A stretch of 64,000 bases of DNA from Candidatus Sumerlaeia bacterium (GTDB taxonomy: Bacteria > Sumerlaeota > Sumerlaeia > SLMS01 > JANRJK01): contig JANRJK010000055.1 in assembly GCA_033764015.1 (NCBI GenBank), forward strand, positions 96,001 through 160,000. The letters are read 5' to 3'. Numbering within the stretch: position 1 is the stretch's first letter; the number at the start of each line of letters is the position of its first letter. Below are positions 32,105 through 40,771 of the stretch, piece after piece. The notes beneath the pieces are model-generated. The model had not been told where the DNA came from and searched no databases. It saw only the letters and a program-made list of their open reading frames with translations. The position numbers were made by a program, and so were the translations under genes.

Positions 32105-33205
32105 ATGGACCGCAAGTGGCTCCGCGAAAACGCGCTCGCCTTCGCGAGGCTCGCCGCCGCGCTCCTGCTCCTCGCGGGCGCTTGGTTCGCCGCGGGGCGG
32201 TTCGGCGACCCCCTCCTCGAGCGCGTCCTCGAGAAGGCCACCGGGTTTGAGCAGACCAGCAAGGATGCCATGGTGGGCATCGTCGCGGCGCGGGCCCTTG
32301 ACCTCGGATCGTATGCGGAAATGGAGGCGACGCTCGAACGTGTGCTCGCGGTGGCGGCGGAGGAGGGCGCCGACACCGCGCCGGTCCACTTCGAGCGCGA
32401 GCGGGTCGCCGTCTGGCAGCGAAAGTGGCCCGAGGCCTACGCGGCGAGGCGGCAATTCATCGCCGCCAAGGGTGAAGACGAAAACGTCTGGTACACCGGC
32501 GTCCTGCGCCAAGTCGCCGAGGGCACGCTGCCCCCCGGGCACAGCCGCGAGTTCCTCTTCGATCCGCTGCGCTGCTGCGGCCGATGGGACGAGGTGCTGA
32601 AGGGCGCGGAAGAGGCGCTCGCGAAACTCCCCGCGCTCCCGACCGAGCCACCTCCGGAGATGGTGCGCGACGACCAGCGCCGCCGCGCCGGAGTCCAGCT
32701 CCGCATCGCGGAGGCGCTCGTCCGCCTGGGCCGCCCGGAGGAAGCGGAACCGCGGCTCCGCGAAGCGGAAATCCTCCTCCACGACGCCGGCGGCGCCAAC
32801 GCCACGCAGTGGCCCAAGTGGTCGGAGCGGCTCGACCTGTTCTCCTGCTTGATCCATCTCGAGTTGGTTCGCGCCCGCCACCTCGCCGCCACGGGGCAGC
32901 CCTACGACGCGGTCGAGGCGTTCTTCTCCGCAGGCGCCCGCGTGTACGAGTTCGGCGAGCACACGCTGCCCTCCGCTCCCGTTGGCATCACGCGGCGGGG
33001 TTGGGAGTTTTGGCGCGCCCGCGTGCTCGAGGCGATCCGCGCGGACCTTGCGGATCCGGAGCTCTTCTACAGCCAGTCGGAGGAGCTGTCGTCCCGCCTG
33101 CGCGAACTCGAGGCGGCGCTCGAAGGGCTCACCTTCAACACCGCCCCTGCGCCCACCGCCCCCGCTCCTACGGAAGAACCAGCACCGGCGTCCCCCGCTC
33201 CGTGA
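32105..33205 (+). CDS. hypothetical membrane-anchored helical (TPR-like) protein
   Basis: N-terminal TM helix, helical repeats, follows xseA by 10 nt. Confidence 0.65.
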   Translation: MDRKWLRENALAFARLAAALLLLAGAWFAAGRFGDPLLERVLEKATGFEQTSKDAMVGIVAARALDLGSYAEMEATLERVLAVAAEEGADTAPVHFERERVAVWQRKWPEAYAARRQFIAAKGEDENVWYTGVLRQVAEGTLPPGHSREFLFDPLRCCGRWDEVLKGAEEALAKLPALPTEPPPEMVRDDQRRRAGVQLRIAEALVRLGRPEEAEPRLREAEILLHDAGGANATQWPKWSERLDLFSCLIHLELVRARHLAATGQPYDAVEAFFSAGARVYEFGEHTLPSAPVGITRRGWEFWRARVLEAIRADLADPELFYSQSEELSSRLRELEAALEGLTFNTAPAPTAPAPTEEPAPASPAP

Positions 33206-33812
33206 GGAGGAACACCTCCTCGATGCCGCAGTCCTCCAAGGCGATGCAGCCCAGCGTCCAGTCGCGCCCCGCGCCGCCCCCGTGGATGCCGATGGCGCCG
33301 CCGAGCGCCGTGTTCCACGGCGGCACGCCCCCGGACCGGTGCGCTTCCTTGATCGCGCCCGACTCCGCCGCTGTGATGTCCGCGCGCCCGAGCGCATCCT
33401 CCGGGGCCGGGTAGTCGAGCCCCAGGAACAAGTGGAACCGCGAACGCTCGAGCCGCGTGCACACGCGGTAGCGCCCCTCCGGTGTCCGCCCGTCCCCCTC
33501 TCGCAGCTTGTGGCCGACCAGTTCGCCCCCCAGCGCGACGCGGTAGCTGCGGACCACCGCGGTCCCATCCAGAAGGTCGAGTCGGCGCTCCGCCTTGTGC
33601 ACCACGATGGTCGGGTCCGCGAGCGGCATCGCAAGCCCCTCCGCCGCGAGCCGCTCGCGCGCGGCCGCAAGGTCCGCCGGCCCTGAAAGCGCGGCCAACG
33701 CGCCGCGGCGCACCGCCCAAATGCCCGCACCCGACGCGGCGGCGATCACCGCCAGCAGGATCACGCCGGCGAGGATCGCACTCCGGCCCTTGGCGAACGC
33801 GGGAACAGGCAT
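33168..33812 (-). CDS. L,D-transpeptidase (YkuD) family protein
   Basis: VVHKAERRL, KLREGDGRTPEG.Y, IGIHG...WTLGCIAL. Confidence 0.9.
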   Translation of the reverse strand: MPVPAFAKGRSAILAGVILLAVIAAASGAGIWAVRRGALAALSGPADLAAARERLAAEGLAMPLADPTIVVHKAERRLDLLDGTAVVRSYRVALGGELVGHKLREGDGRTPEGRYRVCTRLERSRFHLFLGLDYPAPEDALGRADITAAESGAIKEAHRSGGVPPWNTALGGAIGIHGGGAGRDWTLGCIALEDCGIEEVFLLTERGTPVLVLP

Positions 33813-33985
33813 GGCTGATGGATCTCCGCAGGATCCACGATGCAGGCCGCCGAGCCGCGAACACCGTCAAGCCGAGCGCCGGGGGTACCGCGTCCCCCCC
33901 CCTCGCATGCTGCAACCATGGCCTCGCGCGAGGGCGCGAGGGCGCGAAGGAATGACCCATGTGGATGCAGCCCGGACCGTTGCGG

Positions 33986-34177
33986 TCAGCCTTTCGCGGG
34001 CTCCTCCGGAGGCGGCTCCGGCTTCGGCTCCACCACGGGCCCGAGGATCTGCGCCTTGCGCAGCGCCAAGCCCAGCGTGCGCAACTGCGACACCTGGTCG
34101 AGGCGCCGCGCGATCGCCTCGGGACTCATGTCCACCGACTGCCCGCGCGAGCGGCGCTTCATCTCCTCGGGAGTCAC
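33986..34177 (-). CDS. small hypothetical protein
   Basis: VTPEEMKRRSRGQSVDMSPEAIARRLDQVSQLRTLGLAL; host-like codon usage; start uncertain. Confidence 0.55.
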   Translation of the reverse strand: MTPEEMKRRSRGQSVDMSPEAIARRLDQVSQLRTLGLALRKAQILGPVVEPKPEPPPEEPAKG

Positions 34178-34311
34178 GCCCCGCCGCCCTTCCCGCCGCC
34201 GAGAACCGTCAACTGTTGCGGCGGCCGATGCCATCCCCGACCGTTCCTCGGAGCGGCGCAAGGCGCATGAGCGCCCCCCGCGCCGCCCCACCCCGAACCG
34301 GACCCGCGCCC

Positions 34312-34716
34312 ATGCCCCCCACGCCCGGAACCCTCCACCACGTCGAAATCTATGTGTCGGACCTCGCCCGCAGCCTCGCCTTCTGGGAGTGGTTCCTCGG
34401 CGGGCTCGGCTACGAATGCATCGCGCGCTGGAACGCCGGCGCCAGCTTCGAACTCGGCCCCACGTACCTCGTCTTCGTCCAGACCGAGGCCCGCCACCTC
34501 GACGTGCCCTACCACCGCTGCCGCCCGGGACTGAACCACCTCGCGTTCCACGCCCGCGACCGCGCCCACGTGGACGAACTGACGTCGGCGCTCCGCGACC
34601 GCGGCGAGCCGATCCTCTACGAAGACCGCCACCCCCACGCCGGCGGCCCCGACTACTACGCGGTCTTTTTCGAAGACCCGGACCGCATCAAGGTGGAACT
34701 GGTGGCGCCAGGATGA
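34312..34716 (+). CDS. VOC/glyoxalase family protein
   Basis: LHHVEIYVSDL, GLNHLAF, YYAVFFEDPDRIKVELV. Confidence 0.92.
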   Translation: MPPTPGTLHHVEIYVSDLARSLAFWEWFLGGLGYECIARWNAGASFELGPTYLVFVQTEARHLDVPYHRCRPGLNHLAFHARDRAHVDELTSALRDRGEPILYEDRHPHAGGPDYYAVFFEDPDRIKVELVAPG

Positions 34717-34876
34717 ACGGCTTTATTGATGCAGCGGGGATAACCCCGCTTGACCCCCCCTCCCGCGAGAACGGTGCCACGACAGGGGGCGATGCGAATC
34801 GGATCGTCCCACAGTCTGCATCTTCCTGCGGCGATGACCATTGTGCATCAAGACCTCGGAGAGGAGCTCCAAGACG

Positions 34877-35350
34877 GTGTTTAGGGCCAAAAATGTGTGG
34901 CATGCAGTACTAGTAGCAGGGGTTGTTGCGATCGGGAACACCCCCGCACACGACGTACCCGGCGGCGACGGGGACTGTGGGAGCAGCTTGGTAGTAAGAA
35001 CACCCGCTGTCACGGAAACAACTCTCACGCGATGCAGCGTGTTTGGCTTGGGCGTGCTACTGGTCTGGGATTGCCCTGTTAACCAGCACCATGCCCCACA
35101 AACCTTCTCATGCTCATCTGGAACCGGATCCCTGAAGGATTGCTGGGATACAACACTACCCGGCGCTGAAATGATCCGAACCGGTGGCGGTTGCCCGACA
35201 GTTCCAATTCCCTTGGCGCGCGAGTGTCGGCCAGGGACAGTGACCTATAATGATCTCCCTTCGTCGATCGGCAGCGGGAACTGCCGAACGAAGACAACGA
35301 TCAAGGTCACTGTCGAGATTCAAGAAGTGGAATTGGAAGTCCAGCGGTGA
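34877..35350 (+). CDS. small secreted cysteine-rich protein (low-GC island)
   Basis: GAGGAG SD before GTG 34877; signal-like N-terminus; 8 Cys in the mature part; stop overlaps next start (GTGA). Confidence 0.65.
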   Translation: MFRAKNVWHAVLVAGVVAIGNTPAHDVPGGDGDCGSSLVVRTPAVTETTLTRCSVFGLGVLLVWDCPVNQHHAPQTFSCSSGTGSLKDCWDTTLPGAEMIRTGGGCPTVPIPLARECRPGTVTYNDLPSSIGSGNCRTKTTIKVTVEIQEVELEVQR

Positions 35351-36315
35351 GGCGAAGTGCCCCCTGCGGCTCTGCCCGAAGTCTCCTTGATCGGGCAGAG
35401 CCGCGCGCTGCCATCTGCCTCGGCTCCTTGCTCTGTTTGCTCCCTTCCGGCGTCGCGCAGGGACAGGGCACGTCAATTGACCAGCTAATGGAGCTGACGC
35501 ACGCTTACGCGACTCCTCTCGATCAGTTCCTAATCAGGGGTGTCTTCAATGTAGAGAGTCTCTCAGAAGATAGTAGCCGAAACAGCGCGCAGTCACCAAT
35601 TGCCCTTGAGATGCGAAGTCGTCCAGATGCTGCGCGACTCATGATCGAGAGAAATAGTGTCAACGCCCATTACTTCAGAGGTTTCGACTTCTGGGCGCAC
35701 GCGGAAGATCACGGAAACAAGCTCTTGTTGTTCTCGCAGAGTAATACACCATTAGGCTTCTTTCGAGACGAAGAGCGCGTTGCTTGGCAAGTTTACTCCG
35801 AGATTCTCTCCCCGCCGCTGATTGTTGAAGGACTTGGCAACATTGCCTCGTTGATCAAGCGAGACGACCTGCCTCATTCACCCAGAACAAACTCGCCATA
35901 CATGCTTGCTGAACTCCACGAAGGAATTCCAAATCCACCCGGGACGACTAACTTCATTAGTTTCGACTCCGATGATATGTGGAGAGGAGTTGAGATTGTG
36001 ATCTATGCCGAGGTTCCGGGTGCTGGAGTAGGTGTGAATTCGTTCGCGTATCTTGATTGGCAACCTGTGGCTAGAGGAATCAGGCGCCCTCGCCTAGTGG
36101 TCGAGGAGTCATTCTCTCATCGATTATTCGAAGGGGTAAGCCCGGAGGTGGTCTTGAAGCGCCCGACAACGATCGAGAATCACAGGTTGCGGAGGCTCAA
36201 CCTGGATGAGTTTACCGCTGTTTCGCAAACCCCTGACTCCCAGTTCCACCCCATACCTGGTCAAGATTTCCTGTCCTATCGTCCCATCGGAGGAACTGAA
36301 ACCGTGAACTTGTGA
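35347..36315 (+). CDS. secreted hypothetical protein (probably the 5' part of a split gene)
   Basis: 322-aa ORF with signal-like segment ending VAQG; same frame as 36355..37584. Confidence 0.65.
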   Translation: MRRSAPCGSARSLLDRAEPRAAICLGSLLCLLPSGVAQGQGTSIDQLMELTHAYATPLDQFLIRGVFNVESLSEDSSRNSAQSPIALEMRSRPDAARLMIERNSVNAHYFRGFDFWAHAEDHGNKLLLFSQSNTPLGFFRDEERVAWQVYSEILSPPLIVEGLGNIASLIKRDDLPHSPRTNSPYMLAELHEGIPNPPGTTNFISFDSDDMWRGVEIVIYAEVPGAGVGVNSFAYLDWQPVARGIRRPRLVVEESFSHRLFEGVSPEVVLKRPTTIENHRLRRLNLDEFTAVSQTPDSQFHPIPGQDFLSYRPIGGTETVNL

Positions 36316-36354
36316 CCCGATCAGCTCAATTGGAGAGTAACCGACTTCGAGGAT

Positions 36355-37584
36355 TTGCCGTTCCAACGGCTGGATCCGCCCGATGTACCTCAGCGGCAGG
36401 GAGCGGAGTGGTTTGGGATGCGGGGATTGATTCTGCTTGCGGGATTGTTGGGAATAGTGCTTGCCGTCTTCCTCCGGTTTCGGCGTGGGGGCGCTGCGGG
36501 TCTGATCGCAGCGATTATGCTTGCAGAGTCCGCATACGCCGGACAGGGCCTCCCGGTTATCGAACTTGCGGCGTCTACCGAGACTGTTGCAGTCGCCCTT
36601 CCAAGCAATCCCTTAGTTCCTGGCGAGTCAATCACGATATTCGTAAGAAACATGTTCGAATCGGAAATTTCGATTACCTCTGTCGCCTCCGACTGCTGGT
36701 GCATTGCTGCCCCCAATCTGCTAAGTCCGATCCGTCCCGGGGAGCTCGGCGCAGTCAGATTTCATGCCTCGTCGCCAGACCGCAATGCGAAGTTCTGGCA
36801 ACGTAACTTGACGTTGACGTATACGGTCGCCGGAACGGGGGAAACCCACACTTCGCCGGTTCGACTCGACTTCTCGACGGTTGATTCACCAGCACCTAAG
36901 GGTAATGTTGTCTTTACCCATCTTGCATCGGACGTGCAGACCGTTGCCGTGGAGTTCAACCTTCACCGCAAGCATAAGGAAAGTGATTTCACACTCGAAG
37001 CAGTCACTCTCGATGGCCTCCCCATCGAAGTCGATCAGGCAAACTGGGCCCCTTCCACGAGTTCGAACAACCCCAATACATTGAGCGTGATCGTAATGGT
37101 CCCCATGCTGGAGTCGCCAGATCGCTACTTTGCATTGGACTTTACCTTTGCCACCAAGAAGGGTGACCGGGTAACCCGAAGTGTGCTGCTCGTCCAAAAC
37201 GGGCACCGCAGCTATAGCGTGACACCGAAGTCGATTGAAAACCTGGACTTCACCGTTGGCGAGAAGTCGGATGTTACCTTCGCAATCCGGCACAAGGAGG
37301 GTTCACCCTTTCGGGTCCTCGCACAAGACATACCCAAGGGTGTCGAGGTTGTTTCCTTCGATGACTCAACGCCCGGGACGTTGATTCTAAATCTGTCCGT
37401 TTCGCATACCGAATTCGAAACGGCTCAGTCAGTACGTCGGCAGGCCGGCATCCCTGCACTATCAACAATTGAAAGACTCATTAGCCTTACCGTTAGCACC
37501 GGCGATGCGCTTGATTCGGCGTTTATCACGTTACATGCTTCCAGCATCATTGAGCAGCTACCCCCTCCACCCGGAAGCCAGTGA
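36355..37584 (+). CDS. DUF1573-like Ig-fold protein (probably the 3' part of a split gene)
   Basis: IFVRN..ESEISITSVASDCWC...IRPGELG resembles the DUF1573 CxC/IxPG motif; beta-rich repeats follow. Confidence 0.65.
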   Translation: MPFQRLDPPDVPQRQGAEWFGMRGLILLAGLLGIVLAVFLRFRRGGAAGLIAAIMLAESAYAGQGLPVIELAASTETVAVALPSNPLVPGESITIFVRNMFESEISITSVASDCWCIAAPNLLSPIRPGELGAVRFHASSPDRNAKFWQRNLTLTYTVAGTGETHTSPVRLDFSTVDSPAPKGNVVFTHLASDVQTVAVEFNLHRKHKESDFTLEAVTLDGLPIEVDQANWAPSTSSNNPNTLSVIVMVPMLESPDRYFALDFTFATKKGDRVTRSVLLVQNGHRSYSVTPKSIENLDFTVGEKSDVTFAIRHKEGSPFRVLAQDIPKGVEVVSFDDSTPGTLILNLSVSHTEFETAQSVRRQAGIPALSTIERLISLTVSTGDALDSAFITLHASSIIEQLPPPPGSQ

Positions 37585-37612
37585 CCTCTCTGGCTGTCCG
37601 CCCCGCCCCCCC

Positions 37613-39046
37613 CTACTCCCCAAACAACAAGTAAACCACCCGCGGATCATCTTCCCCCGCGACCATGAAGTCGAACACGAGGGGGCCTTCCCGTTCCATC
37701 GTCACCGTGGCGCGGGTGCTACCGGGTTCGTCGCCTTTTGTTAGCTCGATTTCCCCCGGGGATCCGTGCGTGGCGAAGTGGCCGGCGAAGGCGAGGCGCA
37801 GGCCGAGCGCCGGCACTTCGTCGAGGAAGCCCGGGTGGAACGCGCCGCCGAGGTCCTTGGGGGGGTCCGCCGTGATGAGCGACGCCACGCGCCGCGCGGC
37901 GACCAGTTCCGTCGAGGGGATCGGCGCCACCGCGTCGAGCAGCCCTGCGGCCTCGCCGAGCAGGTCGAAGCCCTCCGCGGTCACGCCGCGGTCCGAGTTG
38001 GCGAGCAGCACCACGCCGAGGCCGCGGCGGCGCTCGAAGCCCATGAAGCTGGCGAAGCCGCCCACGGAGCCGTTGTGCCAGACCACCTCGCCGTAGGGTT
38101 TGCGCGTGATGTGCCAGCCGAGGCCCACGGCGGTGTCCCATTCCTTGCCCGTGGGGCGCGCGGGGGTTTGCGCCTCCCGGAGCGAGCGGCTGGCGACGGC
38201 GGGGGTTTCCGACTCGCCGGCGCGCATCTGCCAGGCGAGGAATGCAGCGAGGTCGCGCGTGCTCGCGACCACCGACCCGGCGGAATCCATCGCGCCGAGG
38301 TTCCACCACGGAGCGGGCTTCTCCGGCGCGTCGCCCTGATAGCCGCGGGCCAACTCCGGCCCGGCGTCTTCGCGCCTGGGCGCCACGCGCATGGAATCAA
38401 GGCCGAGCGGCTCCGCGATGCGCTTGCGGACCAGTTCCGCGTAGGGTTCGCCGGCGGCCTTCTCGATCACCCGGCCCAGCACGCCGAAGGCGAAGTTCGA
38501 ATACCCGTAGCGGCGCCCCGCGGGCGCGTCCGGCGGCGTGCGCGGGATCGCGGCGAAGAGGCGGCGCTCCTCGTAGCCGTTGTACGGATCGCCCTCGGGC
38601 GAGGGGCGCTTCATGTTCGACGGCATCCGCGCGAAGCCGGAAGTGTGCATGGCGAGGTCGCGGAGCGTGGCGGTCTCGCCGAGCGGCCCCGTCGGCGCGG
38701 CGACGCCCTCCGGCAGGTACTGGCCGAGCGGATCGTCCAGCCGCAGCCGCCCCTCGTCGCGCAGCGCCACCAGCAGCGTCGCCGTGACCACCTTGCTGAT
38801 CGAGCCGACGGCGAAGACCGTGTCGGGCGTCACGGGGCGCTCCGGGTCGCGGTCCGCTAGGCCGTAGCCTTCGAGCAGCACCGGCTCGCCGCCGTGCAGG
38901 AGCGCGAAGCCGAGCCCCGGCGCGGCGGTGGATTCGCGGATCGCGCTCGCCTTTTCCCCCACCGGTGCCCAATCAATGGCGGTGGTGTCGGCGGGCGCGG
39001 CGGCGGCGAGCGCCCACACGGCGATGGCGGCGGCGATGGAACGCAT
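37613..39046 (-). CDS. secreted serine hydrolase, beta-lactamase class C/AmpH-like family
   Basis: FAVGSISK (SxxK), HTSG, YGYSN, IAEPLGL, WHNGSVGGF. Confidence 0.92.
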   Translation of the reverse strand: MRSIAAAIAVWALAAAAPADTTAIDWAPVGEKASAIRESTAAPGLGFALLHGGEPVLLEGYGLADRDPERPVTPDTVFAVGSISKVVTATLLVALRDEGRLRLDDPLGQYLPEGVAAPTGPLGETATLRDLAMHTSGFARMPSNMKRPSPEGDPYNGYEERRLFAAIPRTPPDAPAGRRYGYSNFAFGVLGRVIEKAAGEPYAELVRKRIAEPLGLDSMRVAPRREDAGPELARGYQGDAPEKPAPWWNLGAMDSAGSVVASTRDLAAFLAWQMRAGESETPAVASRSLREAQTPARPTGKEWDTAVGLGWHITRKPYGEVVWHNGSVGGFASFMGFERRRGLGVVLLANSDRGVTAEGFDLLGEAAGLLDAVAPIPSTELVAARRVASLITADPPKDLGGAFHPGFLDEVPALGLRLAFAGHFATHGSPGEIELTKGDEPGSTRATVTMEREGPLVFDFMVAGEDDPRVVYLLFGE

Positions 39047-39146
39047 GAGGAAACCCCTTCCGGCGGACTCGAACCCTTCGGGGAGTGATACCGGCGCGCG
39101 CCGCGATTCCTTCAATGCCGCAGCGCCGGAGCCCGACGCGGTCGAG

Positions 39147-39611
39147 GTGGACTGGGACCGGCTCCGCCGCTTCGCCAACTCGTGGATTCCGTTCTACGTC
39201 GTGTGCTTCGCCGACTCGGAGGGAAACCCGCACGCGGTGCCGATCGGCTCCCTGCGGTGGAACCGGCGCGGCCATGGCTTCTTCTTCCAAGTCTTCGCGC
39301 GGCGGCTCGACGAGGCCCGCGACGGGCGCGTCTGCATCGTGGGGCTCGACGCGAACCCGTGGCACTGGGCGCGGGCGTTCCTCACGGGCGCCTTCCGCCA
39401 GCCCCCCGGCCTGCGCGTCCACGCGCGCCTCGGCCCGGTGCGCCCCGCGTCCAAGGCGGAACTCGACTGGTGGCGCCGGCGCACGCTCCTGCTGCGCCCC
39501 TTCCGCGGCGCGAGGCTGCTGTGGGGCGACATGCGGCGTGTGCGCGACATCGAAGTGCTCGCGGTCGATCCGCTGCGCATCGGCGCGATGACGCGCGGCG
39601 CGCGTTACTAA
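39147..39611 (+). CDS. pyridoxamine 5'-phosphate oxidase-like (FMN split-barrel) protein; start uncertain
   Basis: ADSEGNPHAVPIGSL, GFFF, GRVCI and PPGLRV.ARLG motifs. Confidence 0.65.
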   Translation: MDWDRLRRFANSWIPFYVVCFADSEGNPHAVPIGSLRWNRRGHGFFFQVFARRLDEARDGRVCIVGLDANPWHWARAFLTGAFRQPPGLRVHARLGPVRPASKAELDWWRRRTLLLRPFRGARLLWGDMRRVRDIEVLAVDPLRIGAMTRGARY

Positions 39612-39622
39612 GGGGCCGCCCC

Positions 39623-40396
39623 GTGCTCAAGAAGCTCCACGCCATCGTGCTCGGCCTGTTCGACAGCGGCGAGACATCGCTCGTCGCACGCGTCCTGAGC
39701 GCCGAGGAGGGCCTCATCTCCGTCATGGCGAAGGGCGCCCGCGCGTCCAAGTCGCGCGTCGGCGCCGTGCTCCAGCCGCTCGCGCTGCTCGAAATCGAGG
39801 TGTCGCACGGCGGCTCCGGCATGGCGACGCTGCGCACGGCGTCGGCGCTCCACGCGCACGGCGAATTCGCGCGGGAACCGCGGCGCCTCGCGGCGGGGTG
39901 CGTGGCGGCGGAGGCGGCGTCGCTCTTCGCGGCGGAAGGCGTCCGCGCGGTGGAGCTGGTGGCCTCGCTGGCGGAGTCGCTCCACGCGCTGGCGCAGGCG
40001 CCCGCGGCGTCGCTCGACGCGGCGCTGGCGGACGCGTTGCGCGGCGCGGCGGCGCAGGCGGGCGTGCTGCCGCGCATCGACGCGGAGCTGCTCGAGCGCC
40101 GCGGCGCGCCGAAGCCCGCGCTGTTCTGGCTGGACACCCGCGACGGCGCGCTCCATGCGCGCGGCCCCCAGCCCCGCGAGGCGCCCGAGTGGCCGCTCGC
40201 CATCGCGGCGGGCGCGCGCGAGGTGCCCGTGCCGCCGTCCTTCCTGCGCGCGGTGTACCAGCACGGCGGCGAGCCCCCGCCCGCGCCGCCCCCCGTCGAG
40301 GCGCGCGCCGCGGTCGAGGCGTGGATCCGCTTCCTCGAAGCGCAGGCGGGCGCGCCGCTCCGGAGCGTCCCCACCTGGCGCGCGCTGCGGGGCTAG
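39623..40396 (+). CDS. recO: DNA repair protein RecO
   Basis: AIVL...GETSLV..LS.EEGLISVMAKGARASKSR...LQPL N-terminal OB-fold signature; no Cys4 zinc finger. Confidence 0.85.
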   Translation: MLKKLHAIVLGLFDSGETSLVARVLSAEEGLISVMAKGARASKSRVGAVLQPLALLEIEVSHGGSGMATLRTASALHAHGEFAREPRRLAAGCVAAEAASLFAAEGVRAVELVASLAESLHALAQAPAASLDAALADALRGAAAQAGVLPRIDAELLERRGAPKPALFWLDTRDGALHARGPQPREAPEWPLAIAAGAREVPVPPSFLRAVYQHGGEPPPAPPPVEARAAVEAWIRFLEAQAGAPLRSVPTWRALRG

Positions 40397-40666
40397 GGCG
40401 CCCCTCCGCGCCGCACAACACACCAGTGGCAGCGCGTCCCGCCTCCAACCTCCCCTTGATCGCCGGAGCGCTTGATGGGTGCATCGCGCATTCCTTCTCT
40501 TGGCGGCCCGCGCGGTCCCGATCCGGCTGCGGCGGTCGACCTTCCTGTGGCCCTACGAAGGATTCTGAGGCGGCGCGGCGGCGATTTTCCGGTTGCGTCG
40601 CGGCGGCCGCCCCGTGCCATCGTTCAATATCCTGAACGGCCCTTGCCGCAGGAGGCACCCCTCCCG

Positions 40667-40696
40667 ATGAAGCCAACCACCATCATTCGCGCCTGA
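40667..40696 (+). other. candidate leader uORF MKPTTIIRA
   Basis: AGGAGG at 40650-40655, ATG 40667, TGA 40694-40696, upstream of the MATE gene. Confidence 0.35.
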
Positions 40697-40771
40697 CCCG
40701 ACCAACTCCGGTCCAGCCACGCATCGCGCGACTTTCGACGCGGCGCCTCCAGCGCCGACGGGTGCCTTCCA

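Noticed and set aside
33168..33205. Convergent 3' overlaps (also 59426-59461)
   Set aside because: Short tail overlaps are common in GC-rich genomes with few stop codons
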